Source of the DNA: an uncultured Clostridia bacterium
GTDB taxonomy: Bacteria; Bacillota; Clostridia; Christensenellales; Aristaeellaceae
Reading direction: 5' to 3'
DNA: 19,184 nt
NCBI GenBank assembly: GCA_937886445.1
Contig: CALGBY010000112.1
Span: forward strand, 1-19,184
Position numbers and translations under genes: made by a program. The notes under the pieces are model-generated. The model searched no databases. It was not told the origin of the DNA and saw nothing but the letters and a program-made list of their open reading frames with translations. This document shows, in pieces, positions 13,290 through 19,184 of the stretch. Positions within the stretch are counted from its first letter, which is position 1. Every line of letters starts with the position of its first letter.

Positions 13290-14268
13290 AACAGATGCGA
13301 ACGGACAGATCACGAAGCAAGACGCGAGGGGCATCATAGATCCGGAAGAACATCAGGTCGAAGAGATGGTGCGGCAGATCCTCTCAGGTGGAAGAATGAC
13401 CGGCAATATCAGGCCCTTCAAATATGGGACGGCCATCACACAAGATGGTACACGCATTATTTTAGTGGACCAGTCATTCCAGCTGCAGTTTATCTATTCT
13501 AACCTTCGCGGTGCATTACTTGTATCAGTTGCCTGTTTGCTGCTCATGTTCATCATTTTACAACCGATTGCCCGTAGGGTTGCAAAGGCAATAATGGCAG
13601 CACAGGAACGACAGCGCCAGTTTATGACCAATGCAAACCATGAAATGAAAACGCCTGTCGCGGTCATTCAATCAAACATCGAAGCAATGGAAATGATCAA
13701 CGGTCAGAACAAATGGAGCCGGAATGTCCACCAGCAGACTTTGCGTTTGAATTATATGATTTCTCAGTTGCTCCTTCTTGAACGTATGGGAGAATACACA
13801 TACCAAAGTCCAAGAAAACCGGTCAGTATCGGCGTTCTTGTAAAGACAATTACGGAAGATATGGGTGAACTGCTGGCGCAAAGAAACATTCGTATTGATT
13901 ATGACGTCAGCGATCAATGTGTGATCTGTGGTTATGAAGAAGCCTTAATTCAACTGATCAGAATATTGGTAGATAATGCAGCCCGTTACGCATCCGAAAA
14001 CTCATTGCTGTCCATTTCTGCTATTCGACATGGCCGAACTTCAATCATTCGCTTTTTGAATCAAGTTGAACATTTACCGGACTGCGCGCCGGATCTGCTT
14101 TTTGAGCGATTTCATCGAGGTGGGATTGCACGAAAAACGGGCGATGTTGGCTGCGGGATTGGATTGTCAGCGGCATCAAGTATTGTTTCAATGCACCACG
14201 GAGAAATCAATGCCTCATATCCGGATGAACACAGCTTTCAAATTACAATCAGGCTTCCAACCAAGTAA
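13278..14268 (+). pseudogene. 3' portion of the sensor histidine kinase gene (rest of the extracytoplasmic domain, TM2, HisKA, HATPase_c)
   Basis: ...LLVSVACLLLMFIILQPI is TM2. The H-box is FMTNANHEMKTPV, the N-box is LVDNAARYA, and the G-boxes are GCGIGLSAASSIV. The ORF-track start at 13228 (TTG) is element DNA with no SD, and an in-frame stop lies at 13222. Confidence 0.85.
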
Positions 14269-14275
14269 TTCAATC

Positions 14276-14300
14276 CCTGCAGAGCAGTCTGCAGGTTTTT
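14276..14300 (+). terminator. Rho-independent terminator after the kinase gene
   Basis: CCTGCAGA-GCAG-TCTGCAGG is followed by TTTTT. Confidence 0.7.
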
Positions 14301-14323
14301 CATTTTTGGGGATCCTCCTAATC

Positions 14324-14362
14324 GTTTACATTAAGTTCATATACTGTTTACAATACATTCAC
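14324..14362 (+). promoter_or_regulatory. Imperfect 17-bp direct repeat at 22-bp spacing upstream of the exporter operon (candidate response-regulator box)
   Basis: GTTTACATTAAGTTCAT (14324..14340) and GTTTACAATACATTCAC (14346..14362) match at 13 of 17 positions. OmpR-family regulators typically bind direct repeats spaced by whole helical turns. Confidence 0.3.
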
Positions 14363-14448
14363 CTGCATCTAAGGTTCATCTAAGTGAAAACCGCTATCCT
14401 TGAATTACCGTCAGAAAAAGGCGGCAGCAAAAGAAAGGAGTTATTTGC

Positions 14449-15525
14449 ATGGAGTTGACAGCTAAAAAAACAGACACAAAAAAGGAAAAAGCACAAAGCG
14501 CAAAGAACCGCAAAAAGCCGAAGCATCTGGTCAGGAAGGTTCTGATCATACTCGTCGTTCTTGCGCTGCTCGTCGGATCAGCCTGGTACCTGATCCGATC
14601 ACTTCAGGCGGAATACACAGTCACTTATCAGGCTTATACAGCTTCTGTCGGAACGATCTCAAATGCATTGTCTTTCAACGGAACACTTCAGGCGATCAAC
14701 AGTGCAATCTATACTGCGAACAGTCCCGGAACAGTCCGTACTGTGTATAAGCAAGCCGGGGATCAGGTGCATAAAGGCGACAAGATCCTGAAGTTGTCCA
14801 CCGGTCAATTAGTGGAAGCGGAGTTTGACGGTGAAGTCAATGTCATGGAAGTGAAGGAAGGAGATTCCGTAGCTGCCGGAGCAGATCTTTGCCAGATCGT
14901 AGATTTCGTACATATGAAAACCAGTATCCGTGTAGATGAGTACGATATCAACGATGTTCATGTTGGGGATGTGATCCGGGTCACAACAACGGCTAACGAG
15001 AAGACCTTTGAGTCGAAGATTGCTGCGATCAATCACACTTCCAGCTCATCGGGTTCTGTTGCATACTATACCGCCACAGCCTATGTCAATGTTGACGGCG
15101 AAGTTTTCCCGGGCATGCAGTTGACTGTCACGCTGCCTCAGGAAGAAGCAAGCAATGTGGTCATCCTGAAGATGAATGCCATCAGCTTTGATGAGGAAAA
15201 CAGCGCGTTTGTCTATACCAAAGATGATAATGGTGAGATGCAGAAAACCTACATCACGACCGGCGTCAGCAATGGAAGCTATACCGAGATCAAATCCGGC
15301 CTTTCGGATGGAGACATTGTATATGCTGAAGTTGAGGTTGAAACGCAAAGCGCGGCTGGCAGTTTCCTGAGCGACTTGTTTGGACAGACGCAGGTCATGG
15401 GCAATCCTCAGGACTTCAGTCGGGACATGAAGGGTGCTCCTGACGGTAACTTCAACTTCAATCCCGGTAGCGGAGAACGCCCCAGCTTCGGTGGTGGCGG
15501 CGGATTTGGCGGTGGTAATCGATGA
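14449..15525 (+). CDS. HlyD-family membrane-fusion/adaptor protein of an ABC efflux system (N-terminal membrane anchor, Gly-rich C-terminal tail)
   Basis: It has an AAGGAG SD and the TM helix VLIILVVLALLVGSAWYLI. The lipoyl-like motif is GTVRTVYKQAGDQVHKGDKILKL. It ends in GGGGGFGGGNR. It overlaps the ATPase start by 4 nt. Confidence 0.8.
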   Translation: MELTAKKTDTKKEKAQSAKNRKKPKHLVRKVLIILVVLALLVGSAWYLIRSLQAEYTVTYQAYTASVGTISNALSFNGTLQAINSAIYTANSPGTVRTVYKQAGDQVHKGDKILKLSTGQLVEAEFDGEVNVMEVKEGDSVAAGADLCQIVDFVHMKTSIRVDEYDINDVHVGDVIRVTTTANEKTFESKIAAINHTSSSSGSVAYYTATAYVNVDGEVFPGMQLTVTLPQEEASNVVILKMNAISFDEENSAFVYTKDDNGEMQKTYITTGVSNGSYTEIKSGLSDGDIVYAEVEVETQSAAGSFLSDLFGQTQVMGNPQDFSRDMKGAPDGNFNFNPGSGERPSFGGGGGFGGGNR

Positions 15526-16232
15526 GTGAAACATTACAGGACAGCCCATTTTTCAGGATGACAGGGATCAACAAATACTATCCGATGGGTGATGAACAGG
15601 TTCATATTTTGAAGGATGTTGATCTTGAGATCGAACGCGGCGAGTTCCTTTCAGTGCTCGGACCTTCCGGCAGTGGGAAAACCACGCTGATGAACATTAT
15701 CGGTTGCCTTGACATTCCCACTTCCGGGGAATATGAGCTCAACGGGTGTGAAATAAGCGGCCTGTCCGAAAAAGAGCTCGCTTTGATCCGTTCAAAAGAG
15801 ATCGGATTTATCTTTCAGAATCATCAGCTGCTTCCAAGACTGACGGCTTGCAAGAACGTAGAGCTTCCCCTGATCTACGCGGGCGTAAGCCCAAAAGAGC
15901 GTCACAGGCGTGCCCGTGAGCTTCTGATTCGAGTTGGTCTGGAAGACCGCATGAATCATTATCCGAATCAACTGTCCGGCGGTCAATGTCAACGTGTTGC
16001 CATCGCGCGGGCATTGGCAGGAAGCCCTTCCATCCTGCTGGCTGACGAACCGACCGGTGCACTGGATCAAAAAAACGGCAGACAAGTGATGGAACTCTTC
16101 CATGAACTGAATGATGAAGGCCGTACAATCATCATGATCACCCATGATATCAAGATTGCCGGGAATGCGTCACGGATCGTGCATATCATTGATGGTATGC
16201 TGACAGAAGGAGGTGATGGAGCAGATGCTTAA
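15522..16232 (+). CDS. ABC transporter ATP-binding protein (MacB/LolD-type)
   Basis: Walker A is GPSGSGKTT. The Q-loop, the signature LSGGQCQRVAIARAL, Walker B ILLADEPTGALD and the H-loop ITHD are all present. Confidence 0.92.
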   Translation: MSETLQDSPFFRMTGINKYYPMGDEQVHILKDVDLEIERGEFLSVLGPSGSGKTTLMNIIGCLDIPTSGEYELNGCEISGLSEKELALIRSKEIGFIFQNHQLLPRLTACKNVELPLIYAGVSPKERHRRARELLIRVGLEDRMNHYPNQLSGGQCQRVAIARALAGSPSILLADEPTGALDQKNGRQVMELFHELNDEGRTIIMITHDIKIAGNASRIVHIIDGMLTEGGDGADA

Positions 16233-17436
16233 GCCAGTCAAATCAGCCTTTTCCATGGCGATCGAATGCATGTCGATGTCCATCCGTAACATTTTGGGAA
16301 ATAAAGTACGCAGTTTTCTGACGATCCTGGGCATTCTGATCGGTGTCACCGCCGTCATCGCCCTGATCACGACGGTATCCGGTTTCAGTGGGTCACTCAG
16401 TACCAGTTTTTCCGGGATGGGTGCCGGTACCTTGAACATCAGCATCACCGGAAGCGATCTAAAGAGTGGTCTGAATGCCGGAGATCTGAATGAAATATCG
16501 GATCTTCCGGAGGTGGACGGCATTACACCCTCAATTTCCATGCGGTCGAGAGTATCCAAGGATGGCAATTATGAGACAGGCATCACGGTATCCGGAAAGA
16601 ATGCGTATTACTTTTCAGCAAATAAGGATGTCGTGAAACGCGGGCGAATACTGAACCGGATCGATGACGAAAACAGTACCTTCGTCTGTCTGATCAACAC
16701 AGAATTGATGGAAGAACTGTTTTACGGCGTCAACCCGATTGATCAGACGCTGTACATTGACGGAGTGTCATTTACGGTTGTGGGAATTCTGAATAATGAT
16801 GCCACGGAAAGCGTATCCGATATGTTCAACGGCAGTCCCGACATATTGATCCCATACACGACAGCCATGAAGATGAACAATGCCAATGAGGTCACTTCCG
16901 CCACAGTATACCTTGCGGACGGAGTTGCATCCGACAACGTAAAGACTGTGCTGGAAAACACATTGGATGCAATGTTCAGCTACGAGGACGATACCTATAC
17001 GGTCACCAGCATGTCCTCTATTGAAGACACGATGGAAAGCATGCTGTCTATGGTCTCCACCCTGCTGACAGGCATTGCCAGTATCGCACTGGTCGTTGGC
17101 GGTATTGGAATCATGAACATGATGCTGACCACGGTCACCGAACGAACAGCCGAGATCGGCCTGAAGAAAGCGATCGGAGCCATCCCGTGGCATATTCAGT
17201 TACAGTTTCTGGCTGAAAGCTTTCTGCTGAGCCTGATCGGCGGTGTACTCGGCGCACTCTTTGGTTTGGTCCTCAGCATGATCCTTTGCAAATCCATGGG
17301 AGCAACATTCACGATCAACTACGGCGCGATCGCGCTGGGAGTCGGATTCTCGGCAGCGGTCGGCATCATCTTCGGCTGGGCCCCGGCCCATAAAGCAAGC
17401 AAACTCAATCCTATTGACGCACTGCGTTCTGTGTAA
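16213..17436 (+). CDS. ABC transporter permease, FtsX/MacB-type with a large extracytoplasmic domain
   Basis: The N-terminus is NKVRSFLTILGILIGVTAVIALI. An ~230-aa loop follows, then three C-terminal TM helices with TERTAEIGLKKAIGA (FtsX-domain signature). The start is ambiguous (16213 GTG, 16216 or 16225 ATG). Confidence 0.85.
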   Translation: MMEQMLKPVKSAFSMAIECMSMSIRNILGNKVRSFLTILGILIGVTAVIALITTVSGFSGSLSTSFSGMGAGTLNISITGSDLKSGLNAGDLNEISDLPEVDGITPSISMRSRVSKDGNYETGITVSGKNAYYFSANKDVVKRGRILNRIDDENSTFVCLINTELMEELFYGVNPIDQTLYIDGVSFTVVGILNNDATESVSDMFNGSPDILIPYTTAMKMNNANEVTSATVYLADGVASDNVKTVLENTLDAMFSYEDDTYTVTSMSSIEDTMESMLSMVSTLLTGIASIALVVGGIGIMNMMLTTVTERTAEIGLKKAIGAIPWHIQLQFLAESFLLSLIGGVLGALFGLVLSMILCKSMGATFTINYGAIALGVGFSAAVGIIFGWAPAHKASKLNPIDALRSV

Positions 17437-17453
17437 AGAAAGAGAGGATCATC

Positions 17454-18539
17454 ATGACTATGAATATGTTTAAGAAAACGATCGCCATTCTCGCGGCTGT
17501 AATCATGTGCTGCACTGCCTTCTCCGCTTTCGCCGATACGGCAACCGTTGAAGTGGACGGTTCTGTGGTGAACACCATGGAAACACCCATCACAACGACC
17601 AACACCGGCGTGATCGACAGTATCCCGGTCCATGAAGGAGACCGCGTGGAAAAAGGTGAAACGATCGCAACACTGAAGACATCCAAGGTTTATGCCACAG
17701 TTGACGGAACAGTGCGCATCTTTGGCGCCGTCGGTGACAGCGCATCCATGATCACTGAGCATTACGGTGCTGTTGCTTATATTGAACCGGATATTCAATT
17801 TACGATTTCAGCCTCTACCCGCAACGCTTATGACGCTGAAGAAAACAAGGTGATCCATCCCGGCGAGACTGTGTATCTGCGCGGCAACACCACTCTCACG
17901 CATGTCGGAACCGGCACGGTGACCCAAACCAGTGGCACCAGCTTCACTGTGGATGTTATTGACGGTAATTTTGAGAGCAGTGAAAGCATCAATGTGTACC
18001 GTGACAGTGGATATACCACTTCTATGCGAATCGGACGCGGCAATGCTTCCAGAAGCGCGTATACGGCCTATGAAGGAAGCGGTATTGTTGTGAAGTACTG
18101 TGTTGCAAATGGCAGCAAGGTGAAGAAGGGCGATGTACTGTTTGAGACGATCGAAGGCGATTTTGCCGGCTACAACACCGACCTGACTCAAATCAAGGCG
18201 ACTGAAAGCGGCGTGATCAACACAATGTCTGTTTCACTTGGCAGCAGTATTACTGCCGGAGACACGCTCTGCACTCTTTATCCCGACAGTGCGCTGCGTG
18301 TTGAAGCATCTGTCAACGAAGAAAACCTTGATGCTCTGAAGATCGGCACGGCAGTTCATGTTCACTTCAGCTACGTGAACAACGGCGAATACACCGTGAA
18401 CGGCATTGTTGAAAAGGTTTCAGAAACCGGAGCAGATGATGAGAACGACGAAACCGATGAAGCGCTTTTCAAGACGATCATCCGTCTGGAAAACGTTGAT
18501 TCCGTAAAATACGGAATGTCTGTCACGGTCACCAAATAA
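17454..18539 (+). CDS. Secreted HlyD-like/efflux-adaptor-like protein (second adaptor)
   Basis: The signal peptide is MFKKTIAILAAVIMCCTAFSAFA. The lipoyl-like half-motifs are GVIDSIPVHEGDRVEKGETIATL and GVINTMSVSLGSSITAGDTLCTL. It has an AGAGAGGA SD. Confidence 0.6.
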   Translation: MTMNMFKKTIAILAAVIMCCTAFSAFADTATVEVDGSVVNTMETPITTTNTGVIDSIPVHEGDRVEKGETIATLKTSKVYATVDGTVRIFGAVGDSASMITEHYGAVAYIEPDIQFTISASTRNAYDAEENKVIHPGETVYLRGNTTLTHVGTGTVTQTSGTSFTVDVIDGNFESSESINVYRDSGYTTSMRIGRGNASRSAYTAYEGSGIVVKYCVANGSKVKKGDVLFETIEGDFAGYNTDLTQIKATESGVINTMSVSLGSSITAGDTLCTLYPDSALRVEASVNEENLDALKIGTAVHVHFSYVNNGEYTVNGIVEKVSETGADDENDETDEALFKTIIRLENVDSVKYGMSVTVTK

Positions 18540-18727
18540 AACTGATGTTACCTTGTATATGAATCAATCTGATTACTATGCCTGATCAAGCACATTATTA
18601 CGCGAGAAAATGTATAAGAAAGTATGCCTTTATGCAGAAACTGTATATTCATTTCTATGCACTTTCGCGAATTTTCCAGCTAATTTTGGTGGTGGTTGTA
18701 AATCGAACTAAAATACTCCCCGTAAGA

Positions 18728-18858
18728 TGGACACGGAAATTTTCGACAATCCCGCACACTGGACATCGAGAATTCGAGGAATCCAGAAAGAGGACAGGGA
18801 AAATTTGAAAATCCCAGAATCTGGACAGCGAATAATCGAGCATCCCGAGTAGTGGACA
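18728..18858 (+). repeat. Four tandem imperfect 31-32-bp repeats plus the start of a fifth (TGGACA-N2-GAAAATTCGA-N2-ATCCC-N5/6)
   Basis: TGGACA/AGGACA occurs at 18728, 18760, 18791, 18822 and 18853. A conserved internal TCGA/TTGA and ATCC(C) sit at fixed offsets. Confidence 0.6.
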
Positions 18859-18905
18859 GTCATGAAATGTGATAAACTAGTGACTGAACACAGGAGGGAC
18901 TTGCG

Positions 18906-19184
18906 ATGGCTAAGAAATTTACCTCTACAGAAATCAAGGTGCTTGAGAAGAATCCGAATACTTTAAAGGTAACGGATTCTCATCTCAGTTTGACTAAGGC
19001 TGCAAAAGAGGAGGTGCTGATACTAATACGGGAAGGCCTCAGCGCGTGCCAAATCGTGAAGAAACTTGGTTATGATGCGAAGATGCTCGGGAAGTCCCGG
19101 TGCGATGGGATACGCTACTGTGTGCTAAAGGAAGATGAAGCCGGCCATGAGCAACGGCAAGGTTATCCCTTGATTTATCTGTAA
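18906..19184 (+). CDS. Small HTH-type protein (92 aa), possibly associated with a mobile element
   Basis: It has an AGGAGGG SD. The FTSTEIKVLEKNPNTLKVTDSHLSLTKAAKEEV... pattern resembles small HTH proteins that I recall accompanying transposase genes in Firmicutes. The recognition is weak. The stop is at the window end. Confidence 0.45.
   Translation: MAKKFTSTEIKVLEKNPNTLKVTDSHLSLTKAAKEEVLILIREGLSACQIVKKLGYDAKMLGKSRCDGIRYCVLKEDEAGHEQRQGYPLIYL

Noticed and set aside
15046-17798. Minus-strand ORFs opposite the ABC exporter genes (15046..15549, 15792..16145, 16170..16568, 16768..17193, 17319..17798 and others).
   Set aside because: They are antisense to genes with unambiguous ABC, FtsX or HlyD motifs. 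They are Arg/His/Cys-rich shadow ORFs without SDs.
18728-18883. The 31-bp periodic repeats as a CRISPR array.
   Set aside because: The units are contiguous and degenerate, with no unique spacers between conserved repeats. No cas genes are in view, and the repeat is not palindromic.

Overview
The window is a chromosomal locus with Gram-positive (Bacillota-type) signals: AGGAGG-like ribosome-binding sites and TTGACA/TATAAT promoters. It encodes an OmpR-family response regulator, its cognate sensor histidine kinase, and a MacB-type ABC exporter (ATPase + FtsX-like permease) flanked by two HlyD-like adaptor genes. The kinase gene is split (853..1088 and 13290..14268) by a 12.2-kb integrative element (1077..13289). 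The element is bounded by a perfect 12-bp direct repeat, TTATGACATAAT, that sits in the same codon phase at both junctions, so precise excision would rebuild a 404-codon kinase. The element carries a tyrosine integrase, a divergent XRE repressor/Cro-like switch, a primase-helicase with an adjacent iteron/AT-rich candidate origin, a sigma-region-4-like activator and a small terminase subunit. It has no large terminase, portal, capsid or lysis genes. This is a phage-satellite (PICI-like) architecture rather than a prophage. Five features are unusual. (1) A full-length 1114-aa tail tape measure gene plus an unknown 251-aa partner sit behind their own near-consensus promoter, with no other tail genes. 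(2) An ~85-bp promoter-operator module is duplicated and drives two separate leftward units. (3) Two inverted, diverged copies of a small cassette (promoter, structured leader, 47/48-aa Trp-rich acidic ORF, terminator) bracket the terS-to-tape-measure block. (4) The right att arm is dense in short direct repeats. (5) Outside the element, four to five tandem 31-bp repeats lie upstream of a small HTH gene at the window end. All protein calls rest on motif recognition by eye; no database search was possible.
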